Below are positions 55,190-62,917 of a DNA stretch of 63,723 bases, one piece after another (position 1 is the stretch's first letter; the number at the start of each line of letters is the position of its first letter). The stretch lies in assembly GCA_013824755.1 (NCBI GenBank), contig PNOJ01000002.1, forward strand, positions 1 through 63,723, given 5' to 3'. This DNA comes from Gemmatimonas sp. GTDB lineage: Bacteria; Krumholzibacteriota; Krumholzibacteriia; LZORAL124-64-63. A program made the translations under genes and the position numbers. The notes beneath the pieces were generated by a model, which ran no database searches, was not told the origin of the DNA, and saw nothing but the letters and a program-made list of their open reading frames with translations.

Positions 55190-55602
55190 GACGCCGCTCG
55201 GCCTACCGCGGTTTCTCCGAGATCAACATCACCTCGCTGGTGGACATCGCCCTCTGCCTGCTGATCATCTTCATGCTCACCGCTCCCTACATCCAGGGCG
55301 GCGTGGAGGTCAACCTGCCGCAGGCCGAGACCCGCGAGGTGATCGTCGAAGAGGGGCCGATCATCACCGTGACGAAGGAGCGCGCCCTGCACTTCGACGA
55401 CACCCCGATCGCCATGTCCGACCTCGCCGCCCGCCTCGCCGTCTTCGCCGACAAGCGCGCGACGCTGCCGGTCTACCTGCGGGCCGACGAGGACGTGCCC
55501 TACGGTTTCGTGCTGCAGGTCATGGCCGCCATCGAGAAGGAGGGCTTCTCGAACCTGAGTCTGGTGGCGGACCAGGACCTCGGGGAGAGGAAGCGTCCGT
55601 GA
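55186..55602 (+). CDS. tolR: Tol-Pal system protein TolR (ExbD family)
   Basis: ATG 55186 (ATGA overlap). Motifs: EINITSLVDIALCLLIIFM, ...VYLRADEDVPYG. Confidence 0.88.
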   Translation: MRRRSAYRGFSEINITSLVDIALCLLIIFMLTAPYIQGGVEVNLPQAETREVIVEEGPIITVTKERALHFDDTPIAMSDLAARLAVFADKRATLPVYLRADEDVPYGFVLQVMAAIEKEGFSNLSLVADQDLGERKRP

Positions 55603-56261
55603 ACCGCGCGCTGCCCGCCTCCCTGCTGCTGCACGTGCTCTTCATCGCGGCGCTGCTGCTGTTCGGATCCCAGGTGGTGCGCCAGCCGCTGCCACGCCAG
55701 CGCGCGATCTCGGTGCGTCTGGCCGAACTGCCCGACCCGCGCCCGCAGGTCCAGGTGGCCCGGCCGCAGCCCGCCGCCGAGCCGGTGGTGCGGCCCGCGG
55801 TCGTGCCCAAGGCCGCCGAGAAGAAGCCGGCGGCGAAACCGGCGGCCAAGCCGACGGCGAAACCGGCCGCCCCGGACCGCGAGCCGGCGCCGGCCGCCGA
55901 CGCCGCGCCGGCGCAGGCCGGCCCGGCCGCGGCCACGCCCCGCCTCGGCGCCGACGTCACCGTCGCGCCGCAGTACCAGTACTACCTCGACCTGCTCGAG
56001 CAGCGGATCGCCCGCAACTGGCAGCCGAGGAAACTGGGGTTCCGCAGCGGGGCTCCGGTGACCTGCTCGATCCACTTCCAGGTCGAACAGGACGGCCGCA
56101 TCTCGCGGCCGACGGTGAGCGCGGGATCGGGCGTGCCCCTGATGGACCGCGAGGCTCTGCGGGCCGTGGAAGCGGTCGGCACCTTCCTGCCGATCCCCGC
56201 CGGCATGGCCGGACGCGGGATCGGCATCACCTACATCTTCACGCTGACGGCGGGGAACTGA
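55599..56261 (+). CDS. TolA/TonB-family protein (N-terminal TM, Pro/Ala/Lys linker, TonB_C-like domain)
   Basis: GTG 55599 (GTGA overlap). Linker PAAKPAAKPTAKPAAP. C-terminal beta-rich domain. Position between tolR and tolB. Confidence 0.75.
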   Translation: MNRALPASLLLHVLFIAALLLFGSQVVRQPLPRQRAISVRLAELPDPRPQVQVARPQPAAEPVVRPAVVPKAAEKKPAAKPAAKPTAKPAAPDREPAPAADAAPAQAGPAAATPRLGADVTVAPQYQYYLDLLEQRIARNWQPRKLGFRSGAPVTCSIHFQVEQDGRISRPTVSAGSGVPLMDREALRAVEAVGTFLPIPAGMAGRGIGITYIFTLTAGN

Positions 56262-56263
56262 CC

Positions 56264-57538
56264 ATGCGGCTCGACATCTCGCGCGACATCCTGGCCACGG
56301 CCCTCGTCCTGCTGGCGACCGCCGGACCCGCCGCGGCCCAGGGCGAATACATCATGAGGGCCGACCGTTCGGCGGCGGAGCTGACCGACATCCTGGTGCA
56401 GCCGCCGGAGGTGCAGGCGGGCGGCGCCGAGGCCCGAGCGGCGGCCGGCACCGTCGACGCCGTCATCCGCGCCGACCTCGACTACAGCGGCCTGTTCCGC
56501 CTGCTGACGCGCGACCAGGTCGCCGGCCAGGCGCCGGGCCACTACCGCATCGACGGGGTGCTGGAGGGCTTGCCGACCGGGGAGGCGTCCTCGCCCGCGC
56601 TCACGCTGCGCCTGCTCTCGGAACCCGGCGGCCAGGTCCTGCTCTCCAAACGCTACCAGCCGGGTCCCGACCGGCTGCGGGCCACGGCGCACCACTTCGT
56701 GGAGCAGGTCATCCGCATGCTCACCGACCTGCCGGGCATCAGCCTGTCCCGCATCGTGTTCGCGCGCGGCAGCGGGGACCGCCGGGACATCTGGTGCGTC
56801 GACTACGACGGCGAGGGCCTGCTGCGGCTGACCGCCAACCGCACCCTGAACCTGTTCCCGTCCTGGTCCCCGGACAACAAGCAGATCGCGTTCATGTCCT
56901 TTCGGCAGGGCCAGCAGGGCACCTACATGCTGGAGGCGGCCACCGGGGCCGTGCGCCTGGTCGGCGAGACCAGCGGCTCGAACCTGGGACCGTCCTGGCA
57001 CCCGGACGGGCAGGAACTGGTGGTGGCCCTCTCGAAGGCCGGCCAGCCGGACATCTACCGGCTCGGCCTGGAGGGCCGCGTGATCCGCCGGCTGACCGTG
57101 TCGGAGTCCATCGAGGTCTCCCCGAGCTGGTCCCCCTCCGGGCGCGACCTCGTGTTCACCAGCGACCGGACCGGGACGCCCCAGCTCTACATCATGGACG
57201 CCGACGGCACCGGGCGGCGGCGGCTGACCTTCGAGGGGAAGTACAACGACTCGGCCGAGTGGTCGCCCCGCGGGGACCGCATCGTCTACGCCTGCCGGGA
57301 GCAGGAGATCACCCAGCTCATGCTGATCGAGTCGGGCGGGGAGAACCGGCGCCTGCTGACCGACGCCTCCTGGCGCAACTGCGAGGATCCGAGCTGGGCC
57401 CCGGACGGGCGCCACGTGGTGTTCGCCTCGGACCGCACCGGGGTCTTCAAGCTCTACATCCTGGATGTCGAGGACGGCTCGATCCGGCAGTTGACGAAGG
57501 GCGGGGAACCGGATACAACTCCTGATTGGTCCCAGTGA
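56264..57538 (+). CDS. tolB: Tol-Pal system beta-propeller protein TolB
   Basis: Signal peptide. Repeated WSPDNKQIAF / WHPDGQELV / WSPSGRDLVF / WSPRGDRIVY / WAPDGRHVVF blades. Confidence 0.9.
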   Translation: MRLDISRDILATALVLLATAGPAAAQGEYIMRADRSAAELTDILVQPPEVQAGGAEARAAAGTVDAVIRADLDYSGLFRLLTRDQVAGQAPGHYRIDGVLEGLPTGEASSPALTLRLLSEPGGQVLLSKRYQPGPDRLRATAHHFVEQVIRMLTDLPGISLSRIVFARGSGDRRDIWCVDYDGEGLLRLTANRTLNLFPSWSPDNKQIAFMSFRQGQQGTYMLEAATGAVRLVGETSGSNLGPSWHPDGQELVVALSKAGQPDIYRLGLEGRVIRRLTVSESIEVSPSWSPSGRDLVFTSDRTGTPQLYIMDADGTGRRRLTFEGKYNDSAEWSPRGDRIVYACREQEITQLMLIESGGENRRLLTDASWRNCEDPSWAPDGRHVVFASDRTGVFKLYILDVEDGSIRQLTKGGEPDTTPDWSQ

Positions 57539-57611
57539 AAATCCGTGTTATCTTGGCCCGGAATATGGAATCCGGTCGGTTGAGTCACTTCAGAAAAGGA
57601 GTCGGATAGCC

Positions 57612-58145
57612 ATGGTGCGGACCCTAGCTCTGATCGGCATGCTGTTGGCGGCCCTGCTCATGACCGTCGGCTGCGGCGGCAAGAAGAACGTCCCGGTCGT
57701 GGACAACACGGCGGGCGTCGTCACGACCCAGCCCGTGGAGGATGTCGTCGAGGAGACGCCGGTCGCAGAAACCCCCGCGCCCGTCACGAACTACGCGACG
57801 ATGTCGCCGCAGGAGTACGGCATCGAGGACGTGTACTTCGCCTACGACGAGTACACCCTCGGCGCCGCCGCCATGGCCACGCTGACCGCCGACGCGAAGA
57901 TCATGAAGGAACACGGCGACATCACGTACCTGATCGAGGGCCACTGCGACGAGCGCGGCACGGTCGAGTACAACCTGGCCCTGGGCGAGAAGCGCGCGGC
58001 CGCCGTGCGCGACTACCTGGTGAACCTGGGCGTGAAGGCCGGCCAGCTGCGCGTCACGAGCTACGGCGAAGAGCGCCCGTTCGTCGCCGGCAGCACCGAG
58101 GCTTCCTGGGCCAAGAACCGCCGCGCCCATTTCGCGCGCCCGTAG
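57612..58145 (+). CDS. pal: peptidoglycan-associated lipoprotein Pal (OmpA-like)
   Basis: RBS AAAGGAG. Lipobox MTVGC. OmpA-like motifs: GHCDERGTVEYNLALGEKRA, NRRAHF. Confidence 0.92.
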   Translation: MVRTLALIGMLLAALLMTVGCGGKKNVPVVDNTAGVVTTQPVEDVVEETPVAETPAPVTNYATMSPQEYGIEDVYFAYDEYTLGAAAMATLTADAKIMKEHGDITYLIEGHCDERGTVEYNLALGEKRAAAVRDYLVNLGVKAGQLRVTSYGEERPFVAGSTEASWAKNRRAHFARP

Positions 58146-58940
58146 GTGACCGCGATGCCGCAGCGCCGCACCGCCGGCTTCGCCGCCCTGTTGGCCGGCG
58201 CGCACCTGGCCGCTCTCGCGGCCGGGTGCGCGCCGCAGTTCGAGGAACTCGGGACGGCGGTCGACGCCAACACGGTCGAGATCCAGCGGTTGGCCGACGA
58301 GCAGACCGCGCTGCGGCGCGACGTCGCTGCCCTGCTGGCGCTGCTGCGCAGCGGCGAAGGGTCGGGCCTGGAAACCGACGCGCGCCTGCAGACCCAGCTC
58401 TCGCAGATCCTGGCCCGCCTGGATCAGGCCGCCGGCCAGCAGACCGACAACCAGGAATACATGCGCAATCTGTCGGCCCGCGTGGACCTCCTGACCACGC
58501 GCCTGGGCATCCCCACGCTCGGCGAATTCAAGCCGGCGCCGACCGGCGGCGCCGACCTCGCGGCGCTGCCCGAGGAGGGGCGCGCCCTGTTCAACGCGGC
58601 CATGTCGGATCGCGGCCGGGGCGACTACGCCGCCGCCCGCCAGGGCTTCCTGGATTTCCTGGGCCGCTACCCGCGCAGCGAGCAGGCCGACGACGCCGCG
58701 TACTGGCTGGCCGCGATGACCGCCGACGACGGCGACCCGCAGGCGGCCTTGAACGCCCTGCTGGCCTTGCTGGACAAGTACCCGGACTCCGACCGCCGGG
58801 CCGACGCGCTGCACAAGGCGGTCGCCGCGGCCCACGCGCTCGGGCGGGACGCCGAAGCGCGTCGCCTGCTGGACCGCCTGCAAACCGAATTCCCCGGCTC
58901 GGAGGCGGCGGAGCTGGCCGGAGCCCTCTTGTCCGAGTAG
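58146..58940 (+). CDS. cpoB: cell-division coordinator CpoB (YbgF): coiled coil plus TPR
   Basis: 264 aa (GTG 58146 or ATG 58155). Lipobox-like AAGC. Coiled-coil N-terminal half. C-terminal TPR (YAAARQGFLDFLGRYPRSEQADDAAYWL). Last gene of the tol-pal block. Confidence 0.8.
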   Translation: MTAMPQRRTAGFAALLAGAHLAALAAGCAPQFEELGTAVDANTVEIQRLADEQTALRRDVAALLALLRSGEGSGLETDARLQTQLSQILARLDQAAGQQTDNQEYMRNLSARVDLLTTRLGIPTLGEFKPAPTGGADLAALPEEGRALFNAAMSDRGRGDYAAARQGFLDFLGRYPRSEQADDAAYWLAAMTADDGDPQAALNALLALLDKYPDSDRRADALHKAVAAAHALGRDAEARRLLDRLQTEFPGSEAAELAGALLSE

Positions 58941-58977
58941 AGAGTCGGGATCTCGTAGCGAGCAGGGAGGAGCGATC

Positions 58978-59298
58978 GTGCCCAAGATCCCCGTGCTGAA
59001 GCGGGCCCGCGACCTGGCCCAGCCTTTCCGGCCCGTGGAAGTCGCCGAACTGGACGGCGCCTACCACGCCTTCATCGTGCGCTACAGCGGGGATTACATC
59101 GCCCACAGCCATTCGGCCGACGAGTTCATCTACATCCTCGAGGGCATGATCGACATCGAGATGAACCGCACCACGATCACGGTGCGGCAGGGTGAGGCGA
59201 TGCTGATCCCCGCCGGCACGGTCCACCGGCCTCGGTGCAAGGCCATGGCCCTGGCGCTGGTCACCGAGACCAAGGGCCTGCAGACCAAGGACCGCTGA
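58978..59298 (+). CDS. cupin-domain protein
   Basis: GTG 58978 follows AGGGAGGA. Cupin motifs: AHSHSADEFIYILEG ... IPAGTVHR. Confidence 0.7.
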   Translation: MPKIPVLKRARDLAQPFRPVEVAELDGAYHAFIVRYSGDYIAHSHSADEFIYILEGMIDIEMNRTTITVRQGEAMLIPAGTVHRPRCKAMALALVTETKGLQTKDR

Positions 59299-59317
59299 CC
59301 CGCCGAGCCCCCCGCCT

Positions 59318-60352
59318 TCAGTCCCCGGCGCCGAACGCCGGATCGCCGAACGTCGGGTCGCCCAGCATCTTCTCGATCCACATCACCGTCTCGCGGCTGC
59401 CCACGTACAGCGGCGTCCGCTGGTGGACCTCCCGCGGCACGAGGTCGAGGATGGGGCCCCGGCCGTCGCTCGCGTAGCCGCCGGCGTGCTCGGCGATGAG
59501 GGCCAGCGGCGCCGCCTCGTAGAGAAGGCGCAGCTTGCCCTCGGGAGCCCGGTCGGTGGGCGGGTAGAGGAAGACGCCGCCGTAGAGCAGGTCGCGGTGG
59601 AAGTCGGCCACCAGCGATCCGATGTAGCGCGCGGACATGCCGCCGCTCTCCTGGCGTCCGTACTTCAGCCGGCGCACGATCTCGCGCACGGCCGGCGACC
59701 AGCGGGGCTCGTTGCCCTCGTTGACCGAGTAGATCCCGGCGGCGAAGGGGATCTTGATGTTCTCGTGGCTCAGCAGGAACTCGCCGATCCCCGGATCCAG
59801 GGTGTAGCCGTGCACGCCGTGGCCGGTGGTGTTGACGAACATCGTCGAGGAGCCGTAGACCACGTAGCCGGCGGCCACCAGGTCGCGCCCGGGCTGCAGC
59901 AGGTCGGCGTCGCCGATGGCGGCGAGCCGGGAGCGCCGGCGGTAGATGCTGAAGATGGTGCCGATCGAGACGTTCGCGTCGATGTTGCTGCTGCCGTCCA
60001 GCGGGTCGAAGACCACGACGTACTTGCCGCTGCCTTCGCGGATGTCGACCCGGACGGGGTCGGCCAGCTCCTCGGAGGCCATCAGGCAGACCTGGCCGCG
60101 CCGGCCGACGACCTTCAACATGACGGCGTTGGCGTAGTCGTCCAGCTTCTGGACGGTCTCGCCCTGGACGTTGCTGGCGCCGGTGCTGCCCAGGATGTCG
60201 ACCAGGCCGGCCCGGGTGACCTCGCGGGCGATGATCTTGGCCGCGAACGCGATGTCGCCCAGCAGGCTGGTGAAGTCGCCGCTGGCGCTGGGGTGCAGGC
60301 GCTGCATCTCCAGGATGTGGCTCTCGACGTTCATGAGGTTCTTGTTCGGCAT
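59318..60352 (-). CDS. fbp: fructose-1,6-bisphosphatase, class I
   Basis: Start ATG at 60352 (MPNKNLMNVESHILE), inside ORF 59318..60511(-). Motifs: FDPLDGSSNID, GYVVYGSST, YIGSLVADFHR. Confidence 0.92.
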   Translation of the reverse strand: MPNKNLMNVESHILEMQRLHPSASGDFTSLLGDIAFAAKIIAREVTRAGLVDILGSTGASNVQGETVQKLDDYANAVMLKVVGRRGQVCLMASEELADPVRVDIREGSGKYVVVFDPLDGSSNIDANVSIGTIFSIYRRRSRLAAIGDADLLQPGRDLVAAGYVVYGSSTMFVNTTGHGVHGYTLDPGIGEFLLSHENIKIPFAAGIYSVNEGNEPRWSPAVREIVRRLKYGRQESGGMSARYIGSLVADFHRDLLYGGVFLYPPTDRAPEGKLRLLYEAAPLALIAEHAGGYASDGRGPILDLVPREVHQRTPLYVGSRETVMWIEKMLGDPTFGDPAFGAGD

Positions 60353-60522
60353 GGTTCTCCCGCTGCAGGTTGGAGGCGGCCACCATAGTAGCAGGGTTCC
60401 GGGGGCGGGGCGAGTCCGGGGTTGCGGCCGGCGGGCCGGTTGTCCATAGTTTGACAGGCGCCTGACGCACGGTGTCGGGGTTTGCCCGCGACCAATCCGT
60501 CCGCACGACACGGAGGAACGTC

Positions 60523-62157
60523 ATGTCCCAGATGCTGCCCATCCCGCCGCTGCCGATGAACGAACCCATCCTGGGCTACCTGCCCGGATCGCCCGAGAAG
60601 GCCGCGTTGAAGGCGAAGCTCAAGGAGCTGGCCGGCACCCGGATCGAGATCCCGCTGGTCATCGGCGGCAAGGACGTCGCCACGGGCGACCTCGGCGAAT
60701 GCCGGATGCCCCACGACCACCGGCACCTGTTGGGCGTCTACCACAAGGCGAGCGCCAAGCACGTCCAGGCCGCCGCGACGGCGGCGCGCAAGGCCAAGAA
60801 GGACTGGGCCGCGCTGCCCTGGGAAGCGCGGGCCGCGGTCTTCCTGAAGGCCGCCGAGCTGCTGGCCGGCCGCCGCCGCAGCACCCTGAACGCCGCCACG
60901 ATGCTGGGCCAGAGCAAGACCGCCTACCAGGCCGAGATCGACTCCGCCTGCGAGCTGATCGACTTCTGGCGCTTCAACCCGGCCTTCGCGCACGACATCA
61001 TGAGCGAGCAGCCGGAGTCCGGGCCGGGCATGTGGAACATGCTCGAACAGCGGCCCCTGGACGGCTTCGTCTTCGCCGTGACCCCGTTCAACTTCACCAG
61101 CATCGCCGGCAACCTGCCGACGGCGCCGGCGCTGATGGGCAACACGGTGCTGTGGAAGCCGGCCTCGAGCGCCGTCTACTCGGCCTGGTACATCATGGAG
61201 ATCCTGCGCGAGGCGGGTCTGCCCGACGGCGTCATCAACATGATCCCGGGCAGCGGCGGCCAGGTGGGCAACCCGGTCATCGAGCACCCGGATCTCGGCG
61301 GCGTGCACTTCACCGGCAGCACCGAGGTCTTCCAGAACATGTGGGGCACCATCGGCGCCAACATCCGCAACTACGCCTGCTACCCGCGCATCGTGGGGGA
61401 GACCGGCGGCAAGGACTTCGTCTTCGCCCACGCCTCGGCCGATCCCGTCGCGCTGGTGACGGCGCTGGTGCGCGGCGCCTTCGAGTACCAGGGACAGAAA
61501 TGCTCGGCGGCCAGCCGCGCCTACGTCCCGGCCTCGCTGTGGCCGCAGGTGCGCGAGCACCTGCTCGCCGAGGTGGCCTCGATCAGGATGGGCGACCCCG
61601 CCGACTTCACGAACTTCATGGGCGCGGTCATCGACCAGGGCGCCTTCCGGAGCATCAAGGGCTACATCGACATGGCCCGCAAGGCCCGCGGCCAAGCCCG
61701 CATCATCGCCGGCGGCGGCTGCGACGACGGCAAGGGCTGGTTCATCGAGCCCACCGTGATCGAGGCGAAGGACCCCGACTTCGTGACCATGCGCGAGGAG
61801 ATCTTCGGGCCGGTGCTGACCGTCCACGTCTACCAGGACAAGGACTGGCTCAAGGCCCTGCGGCAGTGCGACAAGGGCTCGGCCTACGCCCTGACCGGGG
61901 CGGTCTTCGCCCGCGACCGCGGCGTGATCGAGACGATGAAGCAGGAACTGGTCGGCACCGCCGGCAACTTCTACATCAACGACAAGCCCACCGGGGCGGT
62001 CGTGGGGCAGCAGCCCTTCGGCGGCTCGCGGGCCTCGGGCACCAACGACAAGGCGGGGTCGTACCTGAACCTGATCCGCTGGACGACGCCGCGGACGATC
62101 AAGGAGACCTTCGATCCGCCGCGGGACTACCGCTACGGTTTCATGTCCCACAAATGA
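60523..62157 (+). CDS. pruA: L-glutamate gamma-semialdehyde (delta-1-pyrroline-5-carboxylate) dehydrogenase
   Basis: ATG 60523 follows CGGAGGA. ALDH motifs: VTPFNFT, VGETGGKDF, catalytic Cys in EYQGQKCSAASR. Confidence 0.88.
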   Translation: MSQMLPIPPLPMNEPILGYLPGSPEKAALKAKLKELAGTRIEIPLVIGGKDVATGDLGECRMPHDHRHLLGVYHKASAKHVQAAATAARKAKKDWAALPWEARAAVFLKAAELLAGRRRSTLNAATMLGQSKTAYQAEIDSACELIDFWRFNPAFAHDIMSEQPESGPGMWNMLEQRPLDGFVFAVTPFNFTSIAGNLPTAPALMGNTVLWKPASSAVYSAWYIMEILREAGLPDGVINMIPGSGGQVGNPVIEHPDLGGVHFTGSTEVFQNMWGTIGANIRNYACYPRIVGETGGKDFVFAHASADPVALVTALVRGAFEYQGQKCSAASRAYVPASLWPQVREHLLAEVASIRMGDPADFTNFMGAVIDQGAFRSIKGYIDMARKARGQARIIAGGGCDDGKGWFIEPTVIEAKDPDFVTMREEIFGPVLTVHVYQDKDWLKALRQCDKGSAYALTGAVFARDRGVIETMKQELVGTAGNFYINDKPTGAVVGQQPFGGSRASGTNDKAGSYLNLIRWTTPRTIKETFDPPRDYRYGFMSHK

Positions 62158-62161
62158 GGCT

Positions 62162-62286
62162 GCACATGCTGCCGAGACAGGGGACGCGCTCCGGGCACCT
62201 CGTGTGCCCGGAGCGCTTGGCCATCCGGCCCTTTCGCCATCCTGGCTCCAGGGCCTCCTGGACACCCCTGTCTCGGCAGCATGTGC
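62162..62286. repeat. 125-bp element bounded by perfect 22-bp inverted repeats, enclosing a 13-bp-stem hairpin
   Basis: GCACATGCTGCCGAGACAGGGG at 62162-62183 is the exact reverse complement of 62265-62286. Inner hairpin: GCGCTCCGGGCAC (62186-62198) / GTGCCCGGAGCGC (62204-62216). Further small stems: GGCC..GGCC and CCAGG-GCCT-CCTGG. Confidence 0.85.
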
Positions 62287-62313
62287 GGACTCAGACAAGG
62301 TCGTGGCCGGCAG

Positions 62314-62343
62314 CAAACAGAAAGGCGGCCGGGGGGCCGCCTT
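62314..62343 (-). terminator. intrinsic terminator downstream of tRNA-Leu
   Basis: On the minus strand: AAGGCGGCC-CCCC-GGCCGCCTT followed by TCTGTTTGC. Confidence 0.6.
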
Positions 62344-62352
62344 CAGGGATGG

Positions 62353-62439
62353 TGGTGCCGGAGGTGGGACTCGAACCCACGCGCCCCGAGGGGCAACGGA
62401 TTTTGAGTCCGTCGCGTCTACCAATTCCGCCACTCCGGC
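62353..62439 (-). tRNA. tRNA-Leu (anticodon CAA), type II with long variable arm, CCA encoded
   Basis: The reverse complement folds as GCCGGAG acceptor stem, anticodon stem-loop ACGGA-CTCAAAA-TCCGT, variable arm TGCCCCTCGGGGCGC, T-arm GTGGGTTCGAGTCCCAC, then ...CTCCGGC-A-CCA. 87 nt. Confidence 0.9.
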
Positions 62440-62449
62440 ACGAGGGCGG

Positions 62450-62478
62450 ATGATAGGGAGCGCCGCGGCGCTCGTCAA
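62450..62478 (-). promoter_or_regulatory. promoter for tRNA-Leu (TTGACG-N17-TATCAT on the minus strand)
   Basis: Reverse complement of 62473-62478 is TTGACG and of 62450-62455 is TATCAT. The -10 ends 10 nt before the mature tRNA 5' end. Confidence 0.6.
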
Positions 62479-62517
62479 GGGAGGGGCTCTGCGGCGGCGG
62501 TGCGGGCCATTTGGGGT

Positions 62518-62546
62518 TTGACAGGCCCGGACCTCGGCTTCATATT
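62518..62546 (+). promoter_or_regulatory. promoter for tRNA-Ala (TTGACA-N17-CATATT)
   Basis: TTGACA at 62518-62523 and CATATT at 62541-62546. The tRNA starts at 62559. Confidence 0.6.
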
Positions 62547-62558
62547 GTGCCGTCGGGT

Positions 62559-62634
<76 letters not shown>

Positions 62635-62650
62635 CCTAACACATTGAAGA

Positions 62651-62686
62651 ACAAGGGCTTGCCGAATCGGCGAGCCCTTGATCTTT
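62651..62686 (+). terminator. intrinsic terminator downstream of tRNA-Ala
   Basis: CAAGGGCT(T)GCCGA-A-TCGGC(G)AGCCCTTG long hairpin followed by ATCTTTTG. Confidence 0.75.
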
Positions 62687-62917
62687 TGTCAGAAGTGCCC
62701 CGGTTCCACACCGGTTCCACGCTTGAAAGGAACCAAAATTAACCTGCGGGCGATGCAGTTTTCCACAAATCCATGCTTCCCGGGAGTTTGCCGGCGTGAT
62801 ATCCTGATGCCTTATAACGACTTGATCGACGTCACCATTCTGGAGAATCACTGTTATGAGAGGATTTCGCCGCTTGCCGCGCCATCAGGACGAGATGAAG
62901 GCGGGTGATTATCGCTG

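Noticed and set aside
62204-62521. 105-aa + strand ORF spanning the inverted-repeat element and tRNA-Leu
   Set aside because: It overlaps a tRNA gene on the opposite strand and a structured repeat. It has no RBS and its translation is low-complexity.
62636-62908. Small ORFs 62678-62908(+) and 62636-62851(-) in the AT-richer leader after tRNA-Ala
   Set aside because: Neither has a convincing RBS, codon bias or motif. The region is better explained as non-coding regulatory or att-site DNA. They cannot be fully excluded as small island genes.
62635-62917. Integrase or attachment-site repeat next to tRNA-Ala
   Set aside because: No integrase-like ORF lies between the tRNA and the helicase, and no second copy of the tRNA 3' end is present within the window. 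The island hypothesis therefore rests only on composition and gene content.
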